Sequence record: PX880103.1 | Reading direction: 5' to 3' (one strand) | Length of the DNA: 64,000 bases | Source: a phage | In this document: positions 54,305 through 64,000 of the stretch, one piece after another | How the letters are laid out: every line of letters starts with the position of its first letter | Numbering within the stretch: position 1 is the first letter of the stretch | Notes under the pieces: model-generated | What the model saw: the letters and a program-made list of their open reading frames with translations, nothing else | The model's database searches: none | What the model was told of the DNA's origin: nothing | Program-made: the position numbers and the translations under genes

Positions 54305-57300
54305 ATGGCCGAGATTAAAAGAAAGTTCAGAGCAGAAGATGGTCTGGACGCAGGTGGTGATAAAATAATCAACGTAGCTTTAGCTGATCGTACCGTAGGA
54401 ACTGACGGTGTTAACGTTGATTACTTAATTCAAGAAAACACAGTTCAACAATATGATCCAACTCGTGGATATTTAAAAGATTTTGTAATCATTTATGATA
54501 ACCGTCTTTGGGCTGCTATAAATGATATTCCAAAACCAGCAGGAGCTTTTAATAGCGGACGCTGGAGAGCATTACGTACCGATGCTAACTGGATTACGGT
54601 TTCATCTGGTTCATATCAATTGAAATCCGGTGAAGCAATTTCGGTTAATACTGCAGCTGGAAATGACATCACGTTTACTTTACCGTCTTCTCCAATTGAT
54701 GGTGATACTATCGTTCTCCAAGATATTGGAGGAAAACCTGGAGTTAACCAAGTTTTAATTGTAGCTTCAGTGCAAAGTATTGTAAACTTTAGAGGTGAAC
54801 AAGTACGTTCAGTACTAATGACTCATCCAAAGTCACAGCTAGTTTTATTTTTTAGTAATCGTCTGTGGCAAATGTATGTTGCTGATTATAGTAGAGAAGC
54901 TATAGTTGTAACACCAGCGAATACCTATCAAGCACAATCCAACGATTTTATCGTACGTAGATTTACTTCCGCTGCACCAATTAATGTTAAACTTCCAAGA
55001 TTTGCTAATCATGGCGATATTATTAATTTCGTCGATTTAGATAAACTAAATCCGCTTTATCATACAATTGTTACTACATACGATGAAACGACTTCAGTAC
55101 AAGAAGTTGGAACTCATTCCATTGAAGGCCGTACAACAATTGACGGTTTCTTGATGTTTGATGATAATGAGAAATTGTGGAGATTGTTTGACGGGGATAG
55201 TAAAGCGCGTTTACGCATTATAACGACTAATTCTAATATTCGTCCAAATGAAGAAGTTATGGTATTTGGTGCGAATAACGGAACAGCTCAGACAATTGAA
55301 CTTCAGCTTCCAACTAATATTTCTGTTGGTGATACTGTTAAAATTTCCATGAATTACATGAGAAAAGGACAAACAGTTAAAATCAAAGCTGCCGGTGAAG
55401 ATAAAATTGCTTCTTCAGTTCAATTGCTGCAATTCCCAAAACGCTCAGAATATCCGCCTGAAGCTGAATGGGTTACAGTCCAAGAATTAGTTTTTAATGG
55501 TGAAACTAATTATGTTCCAGTTTTACAACTTGCTTATATAGAAGATTCTGACGGAAAATACTGGGTTGTACAGCAAAACGTTCCAACTGTAGAAAGAGTT
55601 GATTCTTTAAATGATTCTACCAGAGCAAGATTAGGCGTGATTGCTTTAGCTACACAAGCCCAAGCTAATGTCGATTTAGAAAATTCTCCACAAAAAGAAT
55701 TAGCAATTACTCCAGAAACGTTAGCTAATCGTACTGCTACAGAAACTCGCAGAGGTATTGCAAGAATAGCAACTACTGCTCAAGTGAATCAGAACACCAC
55801 ATTCTCTTTTGCTGATGATATTATCATCACTCCTAAAAAGCTGAATGAAAGAACTGCTACAGAAACTCGTAGAGGTGTCGCAGAAATTGCTACGCAACAG
55901 GAAACTAATGCAGGTACTGATGATACTACAATCATCACTCCTAAAAAGCTTCAAGCTCGTCAGGGTTCTGAATCATTATCTGGTATTGTAACTTTTGTAT
56001 CTACTGCAGGTGCTACTCCAGCTTCTAGCCGTGAATTAAATGGTACGAATGTTTATAATAAAAACACTAATAATTTAGTTGTTTCACCTAAAGCTTTAGA
56101 TCAGTATAAAGCTACTCCAACACAGCAAGGTGCAGTAATTTTAGCAGTTGAAAGTGAAGTAATTGCTGGACAAAGTCAGGAAGGATGGGCAAATGCTGTT
56201 GTAACGCCAGAAACGTTACATAAAAAGACATCAACTGATGGAAGAATTGGTTTAATTGAAATTGCTACGCAAAGTGAAGTTAATACAGGAACTGATTATA
56301 CTCGTGCAGTCACTCCTAAAACTTTAAATGGCCGTAAAGCAACTGAAAGTTTAAGTGGTATAGCTGAAATTGCTACGCAAGTTGAATTCGACGCAGGCGT
56401 CGACGATACTCGTATCTCTACACCATTAAAAATTAAAACTAGATTTAATAGTACTAATCGTACTTCTGTTGTTGCTCTATCTGGATTAGTTGAATCAGGA
56501 ACTCTCTGGGACCATTATACCCTCAATATTCTTGAAGCAAATGAGACACAACGTGGTACACTTCGTGTAGCCACGCAAGTTGAAGCTGCTGCAGGAACAT
56601 TAGATAATGTTTTAATAACTCCTAAAAAGCTTTTAGGTACTAAATCTACCGAATCGCAAGAAGGTGTTATTAAAGTTGCAACTCAGTCTGAAACTGTGAC
56701 TGGAACGTCAGCAAATACTGCTGTATCTCCAAAAAATTTAAAATGGATTGTGCAGAGTGAACCTACTTGGGCAGCTACTACTGCGATAAGAGGTTTTGTT
56801 AAAACTTCATCTGGTTCAATTACATTCGTTGGTAATGATACAGTCGGTTCTACCCAAGATTTAGAACTGTATGAGAAAAATAGCTATGCGGTATCACCAT
56901 ATGAATTAAACCGTGTATTATCAAATTATCTGCCGTTAAAAGCAAAGGCTGTAGATAGTAATTTATTGGATGGTTTAGATTCATCTCAGTTCATTCGTAG
57001 GGATATTGCACAGACGGTTAATGGTTCACTAACCTTAACCCAACAAACGAATCTGAGTGCCCCTCTTGTATCATCTAGTACTGCTACGTTTGGTGGTTCA
57101 GTTTCGGCAAATAGTACATTAACTATTTCTAATACTGGAACGGCAACTCGTTTGATTTTTGAGAAAGGACCTCAAACTGGAACTAACCCAGCACAGACGA
57201 TGACTATCAGAGTTTGGGGAAATCAGTTTGGCGGCGGTTCAGATACAACACGTTCTACTGTATTTGAAGTTGGTGATGAAACATCTAATCACTTTTATTC

Positions 57301-58174
57301 TCAACGTAATAAAGCTGGTAATATTACGTTTAGCATTAATGGTACTGTGATGCCAATAAATGTTAACGCTTCAGGCACGTTGAATGCGAATGGCGTTGCA
57401 ACATTCGGTCGTTCAGTTACAGCCAATGGTGAATTCATTAGCAAGTCTGCAAATGCTTTCAGAGCAATTAGTGGTGATTATGGATTCTTTATCAGGAATG
57501 ATGGCGGTAGCACATATTTTATGCTTACTGCATCTGGTGATCAGACTGGCGGATTTAATGGATTACGTCCTTTGGCTATTAATAATGCATCTGGCCAAGT
57601 AACGATTGGTGAAAGCTTAATCATTGCCAAAGGTGCTACTATAAATTCAGGCGGTTTGACTGTTAACTCGAGAATTCGTTCTCAGGGTACTAAAACATCT
57701 GATTTATATACCCGTGCGCCAACATCTGATACTGTAGGATTCTGGTCAATCGATATTAACGATTCAGCCACTTATAACCAGTTCCCGGGTTATTTTAAAA
57801 TGGTTGAAAAAACTAATGAAGTGACTGGGCTTCCATACTTAGAACGTGGCGAAGAAGTTAAATCTCCTGGTACATTGACTCAGTTTGGTAATACACTTGA
57901 TTCGCTTTACCAAGATTGGATTACTTATCCAACGACTCCAGAAGCACGTACCACTCGCTGGACACGTACATGGCAGAAAACCAAAAACTCTTGGTCAAGT
58001 TTTGTTCAGGTATTTGATGGAGGTAACCCTCCTCAACCATCTGATATCGGTGCTTTACCATCTGATAATGCTATAATGGGGAATCTTACTATTCGTGATT
58101 TCTTGCGAATTGGTAATGTTCGCATTGTTCCTGACCCAGTGAATAAATCTGTTAAATTTGAATGGGTTGAATAA
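54305..58174 (+). CDS. 34: long tail fibre proximal subunit gp34
   Basis: 1289 aa as in T4 gp34; internal ~40-aa repeats; late promoter upstream. Confidence 0.95.
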   Translation: MAEIKRKFRAEDGLDAGGDKIINVALADRTVGTDGVNVDYLIQENTVQQYDPTRGYLKDFVIIYDNRLWAAINDIPKPAGAFNSGRWRALRTDANWITVSSGSYQLKSGEAISVNTAAGNDITFTLPSSPIDGDTIVLQDIGGKPGVNQVLIVASVQSIVNFRGEQVRSVLMTHPKSQLVLFFSNRLWQMYVADYSREAIVVTPANTYQAQSNDFIVRRFTSAAPINVKLPRFANHGDIINFVDLDKLNPLYHTIVTTYDETTSVQEVGTHSIEGRTTIDGFLMFDDNEKLWRLFDGDSKARLRIITTNSNIRPNEEVMVFGANNGTAQTIELQLPTNISVGDTVKISMNYMRKGQTVKIKAAGEDKIASSVQLLQFPKRSEYPPEAEWVTVQELVFNGETNYVPVLQLAYIEDSDGKYWVVQQNVPTVERVDSLNDSTRARLGVIALATQAQANVDLENSPQKELAITPETLANRTATETRRGIARIATTAQVNQNTTFSFADDIIITPKKLNERTATETRRGVAEIATQQETNAGTDDTTIITPKKLQARQGSESLSGIVTFVSTAGATPASSRELNGTNVYNKNTNNLVVSPKALDQYKATPTQQGAVILAVESEVIAGQSQEGWANAVVTPETLHKKTSTDGRIGLIEIATQSEVNTGTDYTRAVTPKTLNGRKATESLSGIAEIATQVEFDAGVDDTRISTPLKIKTRFNSTNRTSVVALSGLVESGTLWDHYTLNILEANETQRGTLRVATQVEAAAGTLDNVLITPKKLLGTKSTESQEGVIKVATQSETVTGTSANTAVSPKNLKWIVQSEPTWAATTAIRGFVKTSSGSITFVGNDTVGSTQDLELYEKNSYAVSPYELNRVLSNYLPLKAKAVDSNLLDGLDSSQFIRRDIAQTVNGSLTLTQQTNLSAPLVSSSTATFGGSVSANSTLTISNTGTATRLIFEKGPQTGTNPAQTMTIRVWGNQFGGGSDTTRSTVFEVGDETSNHFYSQRNKAGNITFSINGTVMPINVNASGTLNANGVATFGRSVTANGEFISKSANAFRAISGDYGFFIRNDGGSTYFMLTASGDQTGGFNGLRPLAINNASGQVTIGESLIIAKGATINSGGLTVNSRIRSQGTKTSDLYTRAPTSDTVGFWSIDINDSATYNQFPGYFKMVEKTNEVTGLPYLERGEEVKSPGTLTQFGNTLDSLYQDWITYPTTPEARTTRWTRTWQKTKNSWSSFVQVFDGGNPPQPSDIGALPSDNAIMGNLTIRDFLRIGNVRIVPDPVNKSVKFEWVE

Positions 58175-58182
58175 GAGGTATT

Positions 58183-59301
58183 ATGGAAAAATTTATGGCA
58201 GAGTTTGGACAAGGATATGTCCAAACGCCATTTTTATCGGAAAGTAATTCAGTAAGATATAAAATAAGTATAGCGGGTTCTTGCCCGCTTTCTACTGCAA
58301 AAGGACCATACGTTAAATTTCAGGATAATCCTGTCGGAAGTCAAACATTTAGCGCAGGACTTCATTTAAGAGTTTTTGATCCTTCCACCGGAGCATTAGT
58401 TGACAGTAAGTCATATGCTTTTTCGACTTCAAATGATACTACATCAGCTGCTTTTGTTAGTTTCATGAATTCTTTGACGAATAATAGACTTGTTGCTATA
58501 TTAACTAACGGAAAGGTTAATTTTCCTCCTGAAGTAGTATCTTGGCTAAGAGCTGCAGGAACGGCTGCTTTTCCATCTGATTCTATATTGTCAAGATTCG
58601 ACGTATCATATGCTGCTTTTTACACTTCTTCTAAAAGAGCTATTGCATTAGAGCATGTTAAACTAAGTAATAGAAAAAGCACAGATGATTATCAAACTAT
58701 TTTAGACGTTGTATTTGACAGTTTAGAAGATGTTGGAGCTACCGGGTTTCCAAGAAGAACGTATGAAAACGTTAAGCAATTTATGTCAGCTGTCGGTGGA
58801 ACTAATAACGAAATTGCACGTTTTCCAACTTCAGCTGCTATAAGCAAACTCTCTGATTATAATTTAGTTCCTGGTGATGTTCTTTATCTTAAAGCACAGT
58901 TATATGCTGATGCTGATTTACTTGCACTTGGAACTACAAATATATCCATCCGTTTTTATAATGCGTCGAATGGATATATTTCCTCGACACAAGCTGAGTT
59001 TACTGGACAAGCCGGGTCTTGGGAATTAAAAGAAGATTATGTAGTTGTTCCAGAAAACGCGGTGGGATTTACGATATACGCACAAAGAACTGCACAAGCT
59101 GGTCAAGGCGGAATGAGGAATTTAAGTTTTTCTGAAGTGTCAAGAAATGGTAGTATTTCGAAACCCGCTGAATTTGGCGTCAACGGTATTCGAGTTAATT
59201 ATGTCTGTGAATCCGCTTCACCTCCGGATATAATGGTACTTCCTACACAAGCATCGTCTAAAACTGGTAAAGTGTTTGGGCAAGAATTTAGAGAAGTATA
59301 A
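58183..59301 (+). CDS. 35: long tail fibre hinge protein gp35
   Basis: 372 aa as in T4 gp35. Confidence 0.92.
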   Translation: MEKFMAEFGQGYVQTPFLSESNSVRYKISIAGSCPLSTAKGPYVKFQDNPVGSQTFSAGLHLRVFDPSTGALVDSKSYAFSTSNDTTSAAFVSFMNSLTNNRLVAILTNGKVNFPPEVVSWLRAAGTAAFPSDSILSRFDVSYAAFYTSSKRAIALEHVKLSNRKSTDDYQTILDVVFDSLEDVGATGFPRRTYENVKQFMSAVGGTNNEIARFPTSAAISKLSDYNLVPGDVLYLKAQLYADADLLALGTTNISIRFYNASNGYISSTQAEFTGQAGSWELKEDYVVVPENAVGFTIYAQRTAQAGQGGMRNLSFSEVSRNGSISKPAEFGVNGIRVNYVCESASPPDIMVLPTQASSKTGKVFGQEFREV

Positions 59302-59306
59302 ATTGA

Positions 59307-59324
59307 GGGAGCCTTCGGGTTCCC
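59307..59324 (+). terminator. terminator hairpin after gene 35
   Basis: GGGAGCC-TTCG-GGTTCCC followed by TTTTTC. Confidence 0.6.
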
Positions 59325-59332
59325 TTTTTCTT

Positions 59333-59340
59333 TATAAATA
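59333..59340 (+). promoter_or_regulatory. late promoter (TATAAATA) for gene 36
   Basis: Exact TATAAATA after the gene 35 terminator, 24 nt upstream of gene 36. Confidence 0.6.
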
Positions 59341-59363
59341 CTATTAAAATAAAGGGGCATACA

Positions 59364-60029
59364 ATGGCTGATTTAAAAGTAGGTTCAACAACTGGAGGCT
59401 CTGTCATTTGGCATCAAGGAAATTTTCCATTGAATCCGGCCGGTGACGATGTACTCTATAAATCATATAAAATATATTCAGAATATAATAAACCGCAAGC
59501 AGCTGATAACGATTTCGTTTCTAAAGCTAATGGCGGTACTTATGCATCAAAAGTAACATTTAACGGCGGCGTCCAAGTCCCGTATGCTGCAAACATCATG
59601 AGCCCATGTGGTATTTATGGAGGTAACGGTGATGCAGCTACTTTTGATACAGCAAATATTGATATTGTTTCGTGGTATGGTATAGGATTTAAATCATCGT
59701 ACGGTTCAGTAGGCCGAACTGTTGTAATTAATACACGTAATGGTGATATTAATACAAAAGGTGTTGTGTCGGCAGTTGGCCAAGTAAGAAGTAATGCAGC
59801 TGCTCCTGTAGCAGTGAATGACCTTACTAGAAAGGACTACGTTGATGGAGCAATAAATACTGTTACAGCAAATGCAAACTCCAGGGTGCTACGGTCAGGT
59901 GATACCATGACAGGTAACTTAACAGCGCCAAACTTTTTCTCACAGAATCCTGCGTCTCAACCTTCACATGTTCCACGATTTGACCAAATCGTAATTAAGG
60001 ATTCTGTTCAAGATTTCGGCTATTATTAA
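59364..60029 (+). CDS. 36: long tail fibre distal connector gp36
   Basis: 221 aa as in T4 gp36; late promoter upstream. Confidence 0.92.
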   Translation: MADLKVGSTTGGSVIWHQGNFPLNPAGDDVLYKSYKIYSEYNKPQAADNDFVSKANGGTYASKVTFNGGVQVPYAANIMSPCGIYGGNGDAATFDTANIDIVSWYGIGFKSSYGSVGRTVVINTRNGDINTKGVVSAVGQVRSNAAAPVAVNDLTRKDYVDGAINTVTANANSRVLRSGDTMTGNLTAPNFFSQNPASQPSHVPRFDQIVIKDSVQDFGYY

Positions 60030-60037
60030 GAGGACTT

Positions 60038-63000
60038 ATGGCTACTTTAAAACAAATACAATTTAAAAGAAGCAAAACAGCAGGTGCACGTCCTGCTGCT
60101 TCAGTATTAGCCGAAGGTGAATTGGCTATAAACTTAAAAGATAGAACACTTTTTACTAAAAATGATACAGGTCAAATTATCGACCTTGGCTTCGCTAAAG
60201 GTGGACAAGTCGATGGTGATGTGACTATTAATGGTAAATTAACATTAAATGGTGCGTATGTTCAGACGCTGGCTGGTATTAATACCACGGGTGGTATTAA
60301 TGCTGGAGCCGCTATAAGTGCAACAACTTATTATGCTCGGTCTGGTTCTTATTATGCTCGTGCTCCAGATGCCGATACGAATACACATGTTTGGTTTGAA
60401 AATAGCAATGGTATAGAACGTGGCGTGATTTGGGCTATTCCGAACACTTCAGACCTTGGCCAGGTCAAAATTCGGGCGAAAACCACAGGTGGTGTTTTCG
60501 CCGGCGAGTACAGTTTCCGCTCTGATGGCCGATTTGATGTTCCTGTAGCAGTTAAAATCGGCGGAGCAGCGATGCTAACCAAAGACGGCAACATTACATC
60601 AGGTTCATTGTTTGGTGGTAACCTTAACAACTATTTGACTTCTATTAAAAATGACATTGTTGCTGGTGATAATAAGAAAGTAAGTAAAACCGGTGACACT
60701 ATGTCCGGTAACTTGACTATTAACGCTAACTTAAAAGTCGAAAACTCTAATGGAACGTATGTTGATTTAGGTTCAGAGAACTCTAGTAACTATAGCAGAT
60801 TAACTCTTGCTCGTAAAGTTGGAGATGGCGCTGGTGTAGCAATGCTTAAAGTTACTCCTGAAGGAAACGTGCAATTTGGTTATCAACCTACAGTTGCTAC
60901 TCCATCTCCTACCAAGTATATTCTAATTAAACCTAACGGTCTTGAAGTAGAAGGTGATTTAGTTTTTAAGCAAACTTATCGTGGTATTGAAGAAGCATTT
61001 GATATTACTGATCAGACTATTGACCTTAATAGCCTTATTATTAGAGGATCAGATTTAGGTACTCGTAAGCTGTATAAATGCAGATCATCTGGCGGTGGTT
61101 CTAATATATTGAACAAACCTACATCTGACGGCAACTTTACTCTTGAAGTTCTGTCTTTACGCAAGGTTTCTGATAGCGATTGGTCATGTAAGCAGACCTT
61201 TACTACAAAGAACAATAATGTTGTAGGCGTATATGTTCGCTACGGACAAGGCGGCTCATGGACCGCATGGCAAGAAGTTGTATCTGGTGTTCAGCCAATT
61301 AAATTAGGTGGTACTGGAGCAACTTCTGTAGCTGCTGCCCGTAATAACCTTGGTGTTGGTGAAGGCCAAACTGTAACATTCGGTAATTTAGTTACCAATG
61401 ATTTAACTGCAAACAAACAAGTTAAAATCGGCGGAGTCGGAATAGCTGATGCATTAAGAATTTGGAATGCCGAATACGGTGCTATTTTCCGTCGTTCAGA
61501 AACAGCATTACATATTATCCCGACTCCTAAAGATGCTGGTGAAAATGGTGGAATAAGTAATCTCCGCCCATTAAGTATTGCTCTTAATAATGGTATGGTA
61601 CAAATGCGCCATTCTGTTACGTTAGGCGATGACGGCAGAGGTGGCAATATGATTACCGTAGACAATGATAATAAACTTGTTGCTGTTACTAGTCATAGCC
61701 GCATTTCTCCTAATTACCGTATGCAGTTAGGTCAGGCTGCGTACATTGATGCAGAATGTACTGATGCTGTTCGCCCGGCTGGAGCTGGTTCTTTTGCTTC
61801 ACAGAATAATGAAAACGTCCGTGCTCCGTTCTATATGAATATTGATAGAGCTGATACTGGTACATATGTTCCGATTTTGAAACAACGTTATGTTCAAGGT
61901 AACGGCTGCTATTCATTAGGGACTTTAATTAATAATGGTAATTTCCGAGTTCATTACCATGGAGGCGGAGATAACGGTTCTACAGGTCCACAGACTGCTG
62001 ATTTTGGATGGGAATTTATTAAAAACGGTGATTTTATTTCACCTCGCGATTTAATAGCAGGTAAAGTCAGATTTGATAGAACTGGTAATATTACTGGAGG
62101 TTCAGGAAACTTTGCCAATTTAAATACCACGTTAAACCGTAAAGTTAATGTTGGCGGTTGGGCTGGTAGTTCTGATGGTGGATGGTACAAATTTGCTACG
62201 GTAACAATTCCTCAAGGTACTGGCACAGTAACTTTTAAAATTTCCGGTGGAGCTGGTTTTAATTTTAAAAGCTATAACCAAGCTTCTATTGCTGAGATAG
62301 TTCTTCGCACAGGTAATAATCCTAAAGGCATAAACGCTGTACTATGGAACAGGTCAGACCTGAGTTTTAATCAGATAGCTACTATGAATACATCTGGTGA
62401 TACTTATGATGTATACGTGTTCTGTGACGGTTATACAAATGCATTAGTGGTTGAATATTCTTGTAGTGAAAACTCTTCGGTAACCGTAGTCGGTCTTAAC
62501 GGAGGCATTCAGCCAGTTGTTGATGCATTGCCTGAGGGACATGTTGTAGGTAAAACAGTTCGTCTGTTAAATAATATTGGCGGAACTTTCGCAGCTGGCG
62601 AATCTGACGTTGTTACTCGTGGTGAATACGTTGCTGATAATCAAAAAGGCATGCGTATTAAATCTAACGGTAATAATATCGGTTCTAATGCTGCTATACT
62701 TCGAAATGACGGCGGAAGTTTTTATATTTTAGCTACAGATAAAAATACAGCAGAAAAAGCCGATGCGGCTAATGGTGATTGGAACTCATTGCGTCCTTTT
62801 ACAATAAGCATGACTACCGGTGAAGTATCAATGAATAACGGCATAACTGTTCGTAACTATGCCACATTCTATAATGATATTGTTCTCAAAGATAATGGTT
62901 ATATTCACTTTAATAAGTCTGGCGCTAATCCAAGAAGCATGAGTATATTCCATGCCGGAGATGCCACACGTGGTAACCGTATTGAAATTGCTGATGATTC

Positions 63001-63580
63001 AAGTTATTTGGTTTATTTCCAACGTTTACCGGGCGGCGCTAACCAGTGTACATTTAACTCTGCTGCTCTTTCGGGTATAACACAGACTAACTCTTTTGGT
63101 GTCAATACATCAAACGCACTTGGTGGAAATAGTATAACGTTTGGTGATAATGACACCGGTATTAAGCAAAATGGCGATGGATTATTAGACATATATGCGA
63201 ACAGCGCGCAAGTGTTCCGTTTCCAAAATGGTGATTTGTACTCATACAAAAATATAAATGCTCCAAACGTTTATATTCGTTCTGATATTCGTTTAAAATC
63301 CAACTTCAAACCTATCGAAAATGCACTTGATAAAGTTGAAAAACTTAACGGTGTCATTTACGATAAAGCTGAATACATCGGTGGAGAGGCAATTGAAACT
63401 GAAGCGGGTATTGTGGCTCAAACGTTACAAGACGTTTTACCAGAAGCTGTCCGTGAAACAGAAGACAGCAAGGGTAATAAAATACTCACTGTTTCTTCTC
63501 AAGCCCAGATTGCTCTTCTGGTTGAAGCTGTGAAAACACTTTCTTCTCGCGTAAAAGAACTCGAATCTAAACTTATGTAA
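60038..63580 (+). CDS. 37: long tail fibre distal subunit gp37 with C-terminal intramolecular chaperone-like domain
   Basis: 1180 aa; last ~99 aa (SDIRLKSNFKPIENALDKVEKLNGVIYDK...) resemble the self-cleaving chaperone of tailspikes/endosialidases. Confidence 0.88.
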   Translation: MATLKQIQFKRSKTAGARPAASVLAEGELAINLKDRTLFTKNDTGQIIDLGFAKGGQVDGDVTINGKLTLNGAYVQTLAGINTTGGINAGAAISATTYYARSGSYYARAPDADTNTHVWFENSNGIERGVIWAIPNTSDLGQVKIRAKTTGGVFAGEYSFRSDGRFDVPVAVKIGGAAMLTKDGNITSGSLFGGNLNNYLTSIKNDIVAGDNKKVSKTGDTMSGNLTINANLKVENSNGTYVDLGSENSSNYSRLTLARKVGDGAGVAMLKVTPEGNVQFGYQPTVATPSPTKYILIKPNGLEVEGDLVFKQTYRGIEEAFDITDQTIDLNSLIIRGSDLGTRKLYKCRSSGGGSNILNKPTSDGNFTLEVLSLRKVSDSDWSCKQTFTTKNNNVVGVYVRYGQGGSWTAWQEVVSGVQPIKLGGTGATSVAAARNNLGVGEGQTVTFGNLVTNDLTANKQVKIGGVGIADALRIWNAEYGAIFRRSETALHIIPTPKDAGENGGISNLRPLSIALNNGMVQMRHSVTLGDDGRGGNMITVDNDNKLVAVTSHSRISPNYRMQLGQAAYIDAECTDAVRPAGAGSFASQNNENVRAPFYMNIDRADTGTYVPILKQRYVQGNGCYSLGTLINNGNFRVHYHGGGDNGSTGPQTADFGWEFIKNGDFISPRDLIAGKVRFDRTGNITGGSGNFANLNTTLNRKVNVGGWAGSSDGGWYKFATVTIPQGTGTVTFKISGGAGFNFKSYNQASIAEIVLRTGNNPKGINAVLWNRSDLSFNQIATMNTSGDTYDVYVFCDGYTNALVVEYSCSENSSVTVVGLNGGIQPVVDALPEGHVVGKTVRLLNNIGGTFAAGESDVVTRGEYVADNQKGMRIKSNGNNIGSNAAILRNDGGSFYILATDKNTAEKADAANGDWNSLRPFTISMTTGEVSMNNGITVRNYATFYNDIVLKDNGYIHFNKSGANPRSMSIFHAGDATRGNRIEIADDSSYLVYFQRLPGGANQCTFNSAALSGITQTNSFGVNTSNALGGNSITFGDNDTGIKQNGDGLLDIYANSAQVFRFQNGDLYSYKNINAPNVYIRSDIRLKSNFKPIENALDKVEKLNGVIYDKAEYIGGEAIETEAGIVAQTLQDVLPEAVRETEDSKGNKILTVSSQAQIALLVEAVKTLSSRVKELESKLM

Positions 63581-63581
63581 A

Positions 63582-63599
63582 AGAGGGCTTCGGCCCTCT
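63582..63599 (+). terminator. hairpin between genes 37 and 38
   Basis: AGAGGGC-TTCG-GCCCTCT after the gene 37 stop; could be a terminator/attenuator or an RNA stability element. Confidence 0.45.
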
Positions 63600-63610
63600 A
63601 AGGATTTTTA

Positions 63611-64000
63611 ATGGCAATTGTAGGTGTTCCTGGCTGGATTGGTGAATCTGCCGTGAATGAAACTGGACAACGTTGGATGGATGCTGCGATGAGAGCAGTT
63701 CGTGTTTCAGTTCCTGGTTGGATGAGCTCAATGGCTGGACAATCTAAAGAAATTATTCACACGCTTGGAGCAGACCATAACTTCAATGGTCAATGGTTCC
63801 GAGATAGGTGTTTTGAGGCAGGTAGTACACCTATAGTGTTTAATATTACAGGTGATTTAGTATCATATTCTAAAGATGTTCCTTTATTTTTCATGTATGG
63901 AGATACACCGAATGAATATGTTCAGTTGAATATACACGGCGTAACGATGTATGGACGTGGCGGTAATGGCGGTAGCAATAGTCCTGGCTCAGCTGGAGGT
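63611..64000 (+). CDS. 38: gp38 receptor-recognising adhesin (5' part, runs off the window)
   Basis: [15 protein letters not shown]... conserved gp38 N-terminus, then Gly-rich [16 protein letters not shown] typical of T2-type adhesins. Confidence 0.85.
   Translation, partial: MAIVGVPGWIGESAVNETGQRWMDAAMRAVRVSVPGWMSSMAGQSKEIIHTLGADHNFNGQWFRDRCFEAGSTPIVFNITGDLVSYSKDVPLFFMYGDTPNEYVQLNIHGVTMYGRGGNGGSNSPGSAGG

Overview
This window reads as a contiguous segment of a T-even (T4-like, Tequatrovirus-type) myovirus genome. Identification rests on gene order, protein lengths and motifs compared from memory with phage T4; no database search was possible. Layout: (1) plus-strand late block for packaging, tail sheath/tube and head (16, 17, 18, 19, 20, 67, 68, 21, 22, 23, 24); (2) minus-strand rnlB, two small ORFs, hoc and inh; (3) plus-strand segE-like GIY-YIG homing endonuclease, uvsW and uvsW.1; (4) minus-strand uvsY, 25, 26; (5) plus-strand baseplate genes 51, 27, 28, 29, 48, 54; (6) a long minus-strand early/middle region (two Alt-like ADP-ribosyltransferases, DNA ligase 30, 30.x ORFs, rIII, 31, cd, pseT, spanin pair, alc, rnlA, denA, nrdB, nrdA, td, frd, 32, 59, 33, dsbA, rnh); (7) plus-strand long tail fibre genes 34, 35, 36, 37 and the start of 38. 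TATAAATA late promoters, GTTTAC-type early promoters and UUCG/GNRA hairpin terminators sit where expected. Departures from canonical T4 worth a second look: a 1-nt frameshift splitting gene 29; a 356-bp GC-rich ORF-free island between 30.9 and rIII; two tandem full-length Alt paralogs; Hoc with five rather than three Ig-like modules; intron-less td and nrdB; an extra ORF between frd and td; a T2-type gp37/gp38 tail-fibre tip. I see no CRISPR array, tRNA, rRNA or integrase, and nothing I can support as a wholly new multi-gene system.
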